Below are positions 1 through 11,300 of a DNA stretch of 64,000 nucleotides, piece by piece. A program made the position numbers and the translations under genes. Each line of letters opens with the position of its first letter. The stretch's first letter is position 1. The stretch comes from Paraphysomonas bandaiensis (Eukaryota; Protista; Chrysophyceae). Location: NCBI GenBank assembly GCA_965644295.1, contig CBFFRP010000342.1, positions 107,129 through 171,128 on the forward strand, read 5' to 3'. Below the pieces are notes generated by a model. That model saw nothing but the letters and a program-made list of their open reading frames with translations. It searched no databases and had not been told where the DNA came from.

Positions 1-344
1 TGATGATGTGTACATGTTTGGGATGTCTGCTGCTGGTGAGTGTAAAAATCATCAGTCCAGTCCAATCGAGTCCAATTTTTGGTACACTCTTTTTTTTTTG
101 TAAAATTCATTTTTTTTTGAGGAAAAAAAAATTAATGGTAGAATGGTGGTACATATTCATGTATTTTTAGATGGGACAAAATATTTTGTTGTGTGAAAAA
201 AAATTATTTGGTTATACGGTCGTAGTCCACAGTATGAGTGCGTCCAATATAAGGATCCACTGCACTGCACTGCACTGCATGCATATGCATGATCTGACTG
301 TGCATAGATCCATAACTCTATTAAACAACTTATCGATCAATACA

Positions 345-1259
345 ATGAATAAAGAGTCATCATCTGCACCTAACAAGGGTAAGAAACACAAGATGTCATA
401 TAGGAAACGTCATTCCAAATCACATTCGAAGGATTATTCATCTGAATGGCTGCATGCGTTGCAGTCTATAGATATCACACGATCACAAGTCCATCTCATG
501 CTAACTGCTATTGATAAACTTAATATGAAGTATCCTCCACGCATCCTCCCTCCCATTGAACAGATCAATGCATCTTCTTCTCCCACTCATACTCATGCAG
601 CATATGAATCATATGAATCGAATACATTCAATGCACTGAATATACGAAACAGTGACAGTGAAGATGAGAGTGATAATAATGATATAAACGAACATGTTAT
701 CAGTGAGAAGAACACACATAAGAGTATACAAGTCCGTTATTTGAGAGTTAAAATTATATGCCGTCTTGTGGAATGTATACGACAAGAAGCGATGGATGCA
801 CAGCGAAGGAAAGATTATAATAATATGAAACTCCTGTGGGAGGAAGCTTGGCAAACGCTATTTCAGTGCCAAGTGTCGATTGATGAGTGGTATGCTTTAA
901 TGACTGCTCACGAGTCTTCAAGACATATTCTTCCTAAGAAGCACGACAAAATCCAATTGAAAGAATTATTTACAGGCTTGGATCTGCTAGTTGAGGACTC
1001 AGAAAGACACAGACACATTGCGATATCCTTTCTGACGAAGCGACGACAATTCGTCTTAGAGAAACTCTATCCTATGTTGAAAGAACGTGATGAAGTGAAG
1101 CAGAGCATTGGAGAGGAGAACTGGAAGAGAAACCCAGCGCCTCAGCAAACGTATGCCGAGCGGCGGAGGCAGTGGGAAGCTGAGTTACGTATCATCAATG
1201 AAGCGCTTGTATCTATTCAAGTGCTAGATTTTGACACACTTCTTCCTTCTTCCGCTTAA
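345..1259 (+). CDS. Hypothetical protein (basic N-terminus, helical C-terminus)
   Basis: Intronless ORF 171-1259; the in-frame ATG at 345 is the more plausible start because the upstream part is low-complexity promoter-like sequence. No family motif recognised. Confidence 0.6.
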   Translation: MNKESSSAPNKGKKHKMSYRKRHSKSHSKDYSSEWLHALQSIDITRSQVHLMLTAIDKLNMKYPPRILPPIEQINASSSPTHTHAAYESYESNTFNALNIRNSDSEDESDNNDINEHVISEKNTHKSIQVRYLRVKIICRLVECIRQEAMDAQRRKDYNNMKLLWEEAWQTLFQCQVSIDEWYALMTAHESSRHILPKKHDKIQLKELFTGLDLLVEDSERHRHIAISFLTKRRQFVLEKLYPMLKERDEVKQSIGEENWKRNPAPQQTYAERRRQWEAELRIINEALVSIQVLDFDTLLPSSA

Positions 1260-1673
1260 GAATTATAATATCGTCACTGCAATGTGTTATTCATTGTTTC
1301 CCTTCGTGTGGAGAGTATGCGAAGGAGTGGATAGAATATGAATGTACTGATCGTGCACCTACTCTGGATAATTGTTGTACAATTGAGATCTTGTAAGCGA
1401 TATGGTAAACATGATTACCATGTTACATTAATGTAATAAGTAATTAATTAAGTAATTAAGCACTAAATTATTCAAAGCCGCTGCTAACTTTAGTTAAGTT
1501 AATACGTTATGATTTTAACTATTCTAACAGAATCGATAGAGGCATATATTCTGTAGAAAAAGTAACTGGTAAATGATGTGTCATTTGAATGTACATAGAA
1601 TAATTAGATTGCTGTACTCAAGCACCAAGCACAGCCTACCAGTTGTTGCCGATACAATAATATACCTATTCCA

Positions 1674-1930
1674 TTCTGGGGGGCAAGTACCGGAGATATT
1701 TCTCGGGAAACTGACGTGAGCCGCATATATATAGTCAGCAGATAATATTCTGCCCAGTCATAGCCAAATGCTTGTGAGGTACAAGGGACACTTATAAGTG
1801 TCACTTGTGTAGACATCTTTGAGCCTTATCGAATAACCAGGCATCCGGGAATGGGCCCACCTCAAGGCATCCTAAGTATTGGGCTGTTCACCTTAAGAAC
1901 TCAAAACTTCTGAAGTAAGCAGATGATAGG
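1674..1930 (+). mobile_element. Partial copy (5' module) of a dispersed non-autonomous retroelement
   Basis: Aligns by eye with the reverse complement of 52830-53115 and 59540-59815 (e.g. tcatagccaaatgcttgtg..gtacaagggacac..aagtgtcacttgtgtagacatcttt, gttcaccttaagaactca). Confidence 0.8.
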
Positions 1931-2363
1931 TCCGAACGTGGATCCGGATAGGCAGTATCCAACTGTGAGACTGATCCATATCAGCACCAGCGAAAAAACC
2001 GCAGATATATTAGGTAGTTTTTTCCCCTGACATGTGAGATGAGTGGTAGATAGGTAAATACATGATGATACATTCTTGTATTAAGTGGGAGTGTTAAAAT
2101 TTGCACAATATATATATTGTAGTTTAAAGTAATGATATAATATAGTGATGCAACTGTCAGACAATTTAGAGCATATGTATTGAGCTTTATAAGAGATGAA
2201 CTAATTTTTTGTAATATCATAATCTAGCTATAGTTATTTTTTGAATAAATTAGTATCATAAGTTTTATCAAAATCGAACAAAGTACTCGTTTTTATTATA
2301 GTATCTGTATGTAGTATATAGCATATTCTGTAAGTAGTTATGAAATAAGTCTTATCCGTAGAG

Positions 2364-2490
2364 CAGGGCTGCGTAGCAATTAATTGAATTGCAATTAATT
2401 GTAATTGCAATTAAATTGCATGGAACATACATAATAATTTCAATTATAATTGCTCGATCGAAGGTTGCAATTAAATTGCATTTAAAAGGC
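2364..2490 (+). mobile_element. Putative DNA-transposon/MITE terminus (CAGGGCTGCGTA..., AATT-rich subterminal region)
   Basis: 22/23 nt match to 42056-42078; both are followed by about 100 bp of AATT/GCAATT repeats. Confidence 0.5.
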
Positions 2491-3351
2491 AATTATTTAC
2501 TATATGTATTAGGACATAATATTAGAATTAGAACTTGGAAAACATTAAGGTCAATAGCCATTTATTGCCCTTGTAATGGCCATCACCCTTAATGGCTGTT
2601 ATAACGGCTATTCACATGATGGGATGAGGTTGTCCTCTCATTATAAATATCTTTACATTAAGAGAAGTACTGTGTTCTTTTTGTACGGTCGAATATGTGT
2701 CTTTACTCTTGACCTTGAGCCACAAGACTAAGTTCAGCTCGATCCATAGCGTATTACCCGTCTAGTTTGAAGATATATATTAATAAGTAGTGTGGTAATC
2801 ATCTTCTTACCGATCCTGGACTGTCATACAAGACACAAGGCACTGCAGGATTCAAGTGCACTGCTAACTGATGTGCAGCGGTATGAACATGGATTATCAG
2901 GGCTTTTTCTGTTTTATGCAGTCGAAATACCGGATATTCAGAGTTTTGGTCATGTAATATACATGAAATTCCCTAGTACAAGCCATCACCTTGGTGTGGA
3001 TGCGGACATAATATGAATTAGTAACCAACAAAACGTTATATTCACGTATTATTGTGCGTTGCATCGCTCTGTAGATAATATAGTACATTTACACTATGCA
3101 TACCACTTTCCAACAGAGCAATATATCTACAAGAAGTAGTGTTTGCATGTTTGTTATGTTCCTATATTGTGATATTCGCGAATAGTTTGATGTCCATAAA
3201 ATCTAAACAACTCACTATATAAAAGCAGCGCACAAATAACAGAGTAGTTAGATTACCAAGAACCATCACATTTATATTTAATAGCAGTTAGCAATCGCAA
3301 AATGTGATATAAATAATACCCATACAAATTGATGTGGATACTCAGCATTAG

Positions 3352-5730
3352 TTAGTGTTTATCCGTCTGAGCATTCCCAAATTTCCGTTGACTTATACCA
3401 CGTTTGATGAATTTCATATTATCTTCATGCTTCTTCAATGTCTTTAATGGATTAAACGACGATTCTTCCCCGGAATCTTCGACGGTGACTGGCAGCGACT
3501 CAATGAAATACGCAATGAGGAAGAGCCAGTGTGCAACTAACATTGACATCGCCAATCCTCGGGCAGTGTAGTCATAGGTACTCGCGGTATAGTGCTGCAA
3601 GTTAGAGATTACTTGCCACTGCCACACAGCTTCCACACCCAAGAGAGAAACCACATATGACGTAAAAGAGATGTATCGAAGAATGACAAACCAATGTTGG
3701 ATCACCAAGAGAATTGTCGCAACTTGTAACTCACGGTTCAGAGGAAATCGGCCGGTAATAAGATTGCACACGACAATGCAACAAATGCTATGATGTAGGA
3801 GCAGCCCCAAGCCGTTACAATAACCAGATATAGCATCGCGATATATCTTGTTCGTCCAGTCTCGTTGGGAGCGTTCAAAGTAGCACAAGGTCTCAGGAAA
3901 CCCACCCTTCCATAAGCCAAACACCAAAAAAGGTAAACCGAAGACACTCTGGGAATATAAACCAATTGCAAGGCAAAGAGAAAACAATGCTTGAGTAATT
4001 TTCCAACCCAATGATGCAAACTCCTCTGAAAGGGACAGCCACGTTACACCTATTAGTCCTTCAAGGGCTAGCCCGGCAAATATAGTTGTGAAAGATAGAA
4101 CATACGTGGCAAACATTGAGAATTCCTCGGTGGTGGTGGTTTCATCATCTAGTGGGCCGGAATCTGTGAGTTTCCATTCTTCTAGACAATTATCACCACA
4201 AAGAGATGTGAAAATTTTCTTCATGCGTGTGCGTGTCGCTGGGTGCATATGAGTGTGGGGAAATAGTGTCTCTCCCCACGCGCGTCTTAAGTCAGGGTTC
4301 GTGTACTTATAAATCTCTTCGGTAGAAGCCGTATACCGTGGTCCGGCCGTTACTACTAAATTCATCAGGAGAGATAAAATTCGAGTCTCCACGAACTGTG
4401 AGGCATCCTTATCTTGACATAAAATTTTTGGAAAAAGTAGTTTCCAATACAGGTTTTGATTGCCAAAACGCAACACATAACCGAGATTCCAAGCGATGTA
4501 CAAATCTGCCCAATCTTTCGTTACAGGCCACACAAGGTGTCGGTCACTGTAAGTATCGAGATAATTAGTATTTCCATTAAGTAAGAGACCCACCATGGCA
4601 TTATCATGGAAGCCTTCGTCAACATCCACTTTGGCAGCAGCCAAGATATTATTCCACAAGCTCAAGATCTGTCGAGGGTAATGGTGAGCACCTTCTTCTC
4701 CAAGACCGATGGCAAGAACCCTTGCAGATTGATAAATCATATTCATTTTATCTTTCATAAACGTTTCCGCGCCAATATCATCCAAATGTTTCAATTTAAT
4801 ATGCCATGTCTTCTGAGTTATATAGTCAAACATATCAGCCAGAAAGGGAGCGTTGGTGGATGCTTCTGTCATAATCGCATCCATTACCATCGCATGTGTC
4901 AAGGCCGCCATCGTTGAATTATGGAACGTTGGATGATTGTCATAATTAATATGCAATGCGGGGTTATCAATTGTTGTACAAGCCATCCCCACCAGATGCG
5001 CGTTTCCCTTGGCGCATGATGCAACGTCCGCAAGAAAGTCCGATACATTAACAGGTGCGCTAAGTAAGTCATGCAATACGTCCCGAACTGCTGGATGATC
5101 TTCAAGATAATACGTATACAGCAAATCTTCAACCACTGCCGGATCCGTCTGTAATCCTGGCAGTACCGTTTTATAAACCTCCAACCATCTGTCAATGCAC
5201 GTCGTATTGCTCAAGAAGTCGTCATAAGGAGTGCTGTGATAATGATCGCCGACTTCATCTTCATGATTTAGATAGAATCTTTCCATAGTAGGAATGTTAT
5301 GATCAGCAACTCGACGATGTGTTTCCACATAACCAGGCACCAGTCCATAAGCAGAAGGTTCTTCCCATCTGACTGGATCCCCGATAGCAACACCCGCACG
5401 AATACAACACACAACAATAGCAAAACAATTACAAATAGCAATAATAAATAATTTATATGGCCAATTTGATAATGCTTTACTATAAAAATTTGCACCATCA
5501 TAAGATTCACGTTTCTTTATAGTTTGCTTCATACTGTTGCGTGAGAAGAACAGATCGCTCTTCTCCTTAAAGAGTTTCTTACGTGGTGATGTGCTCCGTG
5601 TACTGGATACTTTACTGTATCCTGTACTGGAACGAAACGATCCATTGTTTGATTCTGTATCAGTACCAAGAGATCGAGAACTGTCACCTTCAATGACCAC
5701 CTCGAGAGGCTTATGAGTGTATTGAGACAT
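3352..5730 (-). CDS. Intronless 792-aa polytopic membrane protein with a central DUF5692-like domain and a His-containing C-terminal membrane domain
   Basis: Long ORF with many hydrophobic segments; the motif series NNILAA..D..NAMVGLL..LVWP..WADLYIAWNLGY..LLFP..ETRILSL resembles DUF5692; HH, QHW and HW motifs in the C-terminal TM region. Confidence 0.75.
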   Translation of the reverse strand: MSQYTHKPLEVVIEGDSSRSLGTDTESNNGSFRSSTGYSKVSSTRSTSPRKKLFKEKSDLFFSRNSMKQTIKKRESYDGANFYSKALSNWPYKLFIIAICNCFAIVVCCIRAGVAIGDPVRWEEPSAYGLVPGYVETHRRVADHNIPTMERFYLNHEDEVGDHYHSTPYDDFLSNTTCIDRWLEVYKTVLPGLQTDPAVVEDLLYTYYLEDHPAVRDVLHDLLSAPVNVSDFLADVASCAKGNAHLVGMACTTIDNPALHINYDNHPTFHNSTMAALTHAMVMDAIMTEASTNAPFLADMFDYITQKTWHIKLKHLDDIGAETFMKDKMNMIYQSARVLAIGLGEEGAHHYPRQILSLWNNILAAAKVDVDEGFHDNAMVGLLLNGNTNYLDTYSDRHLVWPVTKDWADLYIAWNLGYVLRFGNQNLYWKLLFPKILCQDKDASQFVETRILSLLMNLVVTAGPRYTASTEEIYKYTNPDLRRAWGETLFPHTHMHPATRTRMKKIFTSLCGDNCLEEWKLTDSGPLDDETTTTEEFSMFATYVLSFTTIFAGLALEGLIGVTWLSLSEEFASLGWKITQALFSLCLAIGLYSQSVFGLPFLVFGLWKGGFPETLCYFERSQRDWTNKIYRDAISGYCNGLGLLLHHSICCIVVCNLITGRFPLNRELQVATILLVIQHWFVILRYISFTSYVVSLLGVEAVWQWQVISNLQHYTASTYDYTARGLAMSMLVAHWLFLIAYFIESLPVTVEDSGEESSFNPLKTLKKHEDNMKFIKRGISQRKFGNAQTDKH

Positions 5731-6382
5731 GCGTGAGCTGTGGAGGACGAGACTGAAATGAATCTCATTGAGAATGACATGATCCTCATGTGTTGTTGTC
5801 CAGTCATCTCATCCGACCGTCAGGGAGTTGGGTGACATGCCCATATGAGGTAATCAGAATTCCACAGTGAGCTTATCGTACATACATACATACATGAGAG
5901 AGTGAGATGTGCGTGTTAAACCCTGCCGTTCATCTCATACATATGTATACAGAGTGCAGATATTGTTAAATATTGAGACTATTTAGCAATTCATATAGAA
6001 AATAGGTAGAAAATTAATAAAGAGTTTATAGAAAATAAGGAGTTTTTTTGGAGTGATGGAATAGAAAATATCATTTTTATGATTTCACCGGAAGTACGAT
6101 AATAACCTGCATATGTAGAGTGATCCGGAAGTGCGTATTCCTCACTTTCTTCCTCACTTTTTTAATAAAAAGTGAGGAATATGGAATCCAATGACCGGAT
6201 TATGCATATCCAGAACACTCTCCTCACACTGTCAACTATCATATATGGGCTACAGTATGGAGTACGTGTATAGTGGTATACATACAGCATACATACAGCA
6301 TACGCCCATGTAGGTAGCTATATATACACACCCTCCATATCTATACACACATCCATCTCCACATACATATACACACATAGTC

Positions 6383-7441
6383 ATGTTCAAACGACAGAAG
6401 ATAGAACACAACACTCATTCATTCCCTTCACTCATTCAATCCAATCACTTCCATATCATTACATGGAATGTATGGTTTGATGAGCTACGACAAACAGATC
6501 GCGCTGTGGCTCTGCTAGCAGCGTGTGTAGCTGAATCTCAAGCTGATGTTTTATGTTTTCAAGAAGTTACGACTGTATTCTACCGTATTATACAAGCATC
6601 TGATTATATACACCAGCGATATGTGTGTGTTGAGGCCTTACGAACCACTCGTTATGATGTTTCCATATGGGTGCGACGAGACTTCACAGTTTTGAGTCAC
6701 TGGGACATTCAGATACCCTCAGAACAGCATAGAAGATGTCTGGTAGTTGATATTGATATCACTTCACGTGTTCCTGAGGATCTTAGATCAACTGTCTCTT
6801 CACCATGTCGTGTGAGAGTGGCCACAGTGCATTTAGAATCCCTCCGTCATAATGCTGCCTGTCGTGCAACTCAATTAGAGACTATTCTCTCTGCTCTTGT
6901 ATTCTCTGAGGATGCTGCCGCCTGTACTGACATATTCCTTACTGGTGACTTTAACTTCTGCTCGTCATGGACAGAGAATGAGATAATAGATACTCATCCA
7001 TGCGTCACGGACCTATGGGCTGTATTGCGACCGGGTGAGCAAGGATACACGGAAGACTCTGCGGTGAATACGATGCTACGAATGCGCCAAGGCAAGAATA
7101 AACAAGTACGATTTGACCGTATCTTACAACTCCGACCTGCAGCACTCACAGTATGCTCTAGTGGGGAAGGACGCACTTCTCCACCAGTAACTCCCCCTCG
7201 ACGTAACCAGCAACAGTTGCCATTTCCTCCTTCCCCCCTGCCACGAAGGGAGGGTGCCTGCATCTGCCACCCCGTTAGTATCCAACTAACAGGAACCAGA
7301 CCGACCGTCGATGAGGCGGAGGAAATATTTCCATCGGATCATTTTGGAGTGGTTGCCACTTTTGAAATTAGAGGGGTCCGTAGGGTATCGACCGACAATA
7401 GCAATGGAGGACACGAAATAACACCCGTGCAGACTATTTGA
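6383..7441 (+). CDS. TDP2: Tyrosyl-DNA phosphodiesterase 2-like EEP-fold phosphodiesterase
   Basis: TWNVWFD, CFQEV, TVHLES, GDFN, RFDR and PSDHFGV motifs in the expected order. Confidence 0.85.
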   Translation: MFKRQKIEHNTHSFPSLIQSNHFHIITWNVWFDELRQTDRAVALLAACVAESQADVLCFQEVTTVFYRIIQASDYIHQRYVCVEALRTTRYDVSIWVRRDFTVLSHWDIQIPSEQHRRCLVVDIDITSRVPEDLRSTVSSPCRVRVATVHLESLRHNAACRATQLETILSALVFSEDAAACTDIFLTGDFNFCSSWTENEIIDTHPCVTDLWAVLRPGEQGYTEDSAVNTMLRMRQGKNKQVRFDRILQLRPAALTVCSSGEGRTSPPVTPPRRNQQQLPFPPSPLPRREGACICHPVSIQLTGTRPTVDEAEEIFPSDHFGVVATFEIRGVRRVSTDNSNGGHEITPVQTI

Positions 7442-8315
7442 ACTTATTGAAGCCATCCTATTTAAATATCATACAGGCCATCTAGTTTCTGAATAAAAAA
7501 TGATAGCCTATTTTGAAGTAATCGCACAATTATTGTATATTTCTTGTCATGTGTGTCATCCAAACACTGTTTCATGGGCATGGTTGGATATAAGTATTCA
7601 TTATTGCTGCTCGCTTTTTGTAGACTAATCGAATTTTATCGCCACTTAACCCTTTACGTGAACCGCCACTCGCATATATCTCATATGATTTTTGCGAAAT
7701 TTCTTACAGTAATGTTCATAGTTCATAGGTATGTCTACGATTTCACCATTAATCTTGTACAATTTCGAACCAGGATATTTCCTACCAACAGCCGAGTGAT
7801 TAGTTATTGATGAACCAGTGTAGTCCTAGCATTTTATCCCCCCTCCGCCCAGAACAAGCGGGAGTTCTTGTTACCCTATAATTGTATGGGCCGCACATTC
7901 ATCTAGCTACTTCTATGGTGCTGATTCTCAACGCCTATTACTTCATAAAAGGGCTACACAAGTATAGTGTAGTTTTAGATAACACTTGCTTGGTCGCATA
8001 TCTTGATATAACCACTATACTACTGGGACGCGCTCTCGAAATGGAAGACAATGGGAATGCATGAGGAAGAAATTTCATCTAAATCCTTCGTGTCATATGT
8101 TAATTTCTTGACAATTCTTTAAAATTACACGACTTAGAAGCTCTCGTACATTAAGTAATTTTAGTAGACTAAACTCAGAGGTAACTCGCAGTACGCGAAT
8201 GACCACACATTTTACCATTAGCACTGGGTTTCAGCTACAAACTACATATTATCTCATTTTCAGCACCATCATATGATGTACCATCTAGTGAACCTTCACA
8301 GTAGAACGTGAAGAG

Positions 8316-11300
8316 TTAAATGGGCATTACGAACCTCTCTGGAGTCACCAGACATGCCTGCTGTCGAATATCGATTGTCATTGGAATGTCAAGTGCACAA
8401 TATCCGGTAGCTCCAGCATCAGTTCGAGCAGCCATGATCGCCATTTTAGTGGCAAAGTATACACTGTTGGCAAGAACAATGCAAGGCTCACCTACCGCCT
8501 TAGAACGTAAAATACCTTGTTTGTTGGGTGCTCCTGCAATGAGCGTTACATTGAATGTTGAAGGAATGTCTTGAGCCAGGGGAGGTTTATACTCCCAGGT
8601 GCCAACTGATTCAAGCATGCCTGCTTCATCATAATCAATCCGTTCTTGCAGGAAATATCCCAAGCCCATGACGAAACCGCCCTCGATTTGCCCAATATCC
8701 ACAGCGGGGTTTAACGACCTCCCACAGTCATAAACGATTTCAGAGGATAGTACATTTACCATCCCTGTGAGTACATCCAGCTCCACTTCGCTCACGCATG
8801 CGCCCCAAACAAAATACTGAAACTCTTCCTTATTAGGGTTGCTAGATGGGGAGTACCATCCATCAGCATTCAGAGATACATCAGAGTCAAGTAATCCCAG
8901 CAGGTCTCTCCAGGAGGCAGATGGGTTAGCCTCTCGATAGGGTTTTAGGCGGGAATTAATGATGCCGCACGCCTTGACAGCAGCCTGACAACACACTTCA
9001 CTGGTACCCGACCCGCCAGTTGTCCTATAAACACAGCATGTGAGATGGGTTGGATTTACATAGGCCAGGAATTTTAAAGTTAACCGCAGGACAGGAAAGT
9101 ACCCCATTTAATATCAACTTACCCCCCATTAGCGATGCGATCAGTGGACGAAGCTGTCACGCGAATAAGCGATATATCGATACCTAGCTCATACGCTACC
9201 GTCTGCGCAACCTTGGTGTTGATACCTTGTCCAATTTCACACCCACTGTGAGTGACTGTAACGGTGCCGTCGGAGCGATAGATTCCGACATGTACCCCTG
9301 CATTATATCCAGCCCATCCAATGCCATACTTTACGGGATCGATTGATATTCCACGCTTGCGCCACAGATTTGCCGAGTTAAACTGTTTCGCACGTGCAAC
9401 TCGCTCAGCGTACCGAGATCGCCGAAGTAGCGTTTCCCAGCACCGATCAAGAGTGCTATTCTCAATAACCTAAACCCGAAACAAATGTCACACAGTGCAA
9501 TGAACATAATGTAAATGCATGTGTACAAGTATTCTCAGAGACACGGAAGGAGTACCTGTCCCAATATGGTAGATAGTCCATTTTGCAAAAAGTTCGTACG
9601 CTTGACTGTCTCTGCATCCACACCAAGCTCCAGCGCCACTCTATCCACCACAATACCAGTTGCAAGACAGGATTGTACCACTCCCGGTGCACGCACATAC
9701 GTTCTGGGTGGTGTGTTAGTGTAACAGATCTTTGCTCGGGCCAGGTAATTTGGTAAGTAGAATGCATTGTCTGCCCACATCATTGCCATACTGAGCCCAC
9801 CAAGTGCGTCTGCATAGCTGTACCCAGCTTCCACGTATACATCATATATAACAGCATTAATCTTGCCGTCGCTATCAAAACCAATTTCGTAGTCGAACTC
9901 GTATCCCTCTCGTCCGCTGTTCATATACATGTCAGCAGTGCGCGTGTTAAAAATGCGTACAGGGCGCTTAGCAAGCCGTGTAGCAAGAGCGGTGGAAGCG
10001 GCTGTGGTTAGCCCACCAGTAAGCTTTCCACCAAATCCCCCTCCTGTTCTGAGACATTTGACAGCCACCTTGCTCGAATCTACACTCAGAATTGACGCGA
10101 TCGTATTCTGGTAGAGTGTTGGATCTTGTGTACCGCAGGTGACTTCGAATACCTCACCGTCCACTCGAGAAGCAATAGATGAATGGGCCTCCATGTAAAA
10201 GTGGCTCTGACCAGTGGCCAAAACTTTGCCTTTCACACGACGAGCAGAGGATGCCATTGCGCCTTGTGGATCGCCAGCCTCTACGACTGTCACACTGGGC
10301 TGTCGTATAAGGCAGATATTACATAAACAAGAAGCATATGCATATTTCAATGTGCATCAGCAAAGGGAAATTTTACCTACCATTGGGGGCACATCAAAGA
10401 AAGACTGTGCTGCGACTGCTTGGGGAAGACTCGTAACAGGCTTTTGGTTGAGAGCAGTGTAAGTGAGGCGCACCATAGCAGCCGCTCTGTTAACGACTTC
10501 ATCCGATATACCCAGAATAACTCCCACTGGCGCCCCAACACATTGGACTACGTCTCCCACCTCCAGGTACAATTTGACATCGTTAGCTACGTGGTTTGAT
10601 CCCGGAACGTCTGCAGCACCAATGAATGCCACAACCCCAGAAAGTGCGAGTGCTGGAGCAGGATCGATAGCAGTCAGGATGGCGGAACATTGCGATGTAA
10701 AAACTAGAGCCCCACACAGTCCCTGAGGAGGCAGCGGTTCATCGGAAGGATATACAGCCTCCCCAGTCGTCTACATACAGAAAATTCACACCCATACGAC
10801 CAGAAATACATATAAAAAACATATGCATAAAAGATTCGTCACTCCTTCACAATTTATACGAAGAGTACCTGAGCCTTGGCTTCTAGTTTGATAACCGGTT
10901 TGGCGAGAGGGCTTGTTTTGTCATCCACATGGTAGACTTCAGTGCCCCTAGATTCAGGTTTAACGAAAGGGACCACTGCAGACAACACTTGCGTTGGGAT
11001 ATCGGACCTGCTCAATGACACAGACATACAGTTAGCGTAAAGATAGATACAGTGTGCATAGCATGAAGCCTGTCCATAGGCATGGTGTTCAATCCGAATT
11101 ACATTAACGAACAGCAATTAGCAGCTCAACGTATGTTACGTTCCAATGAAAAACACAAGCAATGATCTACATGCATGGTGAAATTACTTGCGATAGCATC
11201 GTAGAAACACTCTATACAGACAAGACTGCATAACCGACACACGATACTTAGGGTCCCCATAGGCAGATGATATCCCCGCATCCTGAAGATCCGCCTGAAG

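Noticed and set aside
1604-1816. MSTQVTLI.. small ORF repeated at 52973
   Set aside because: Antisense reading of the non-coding repeat; the frame is not conserved between copies.
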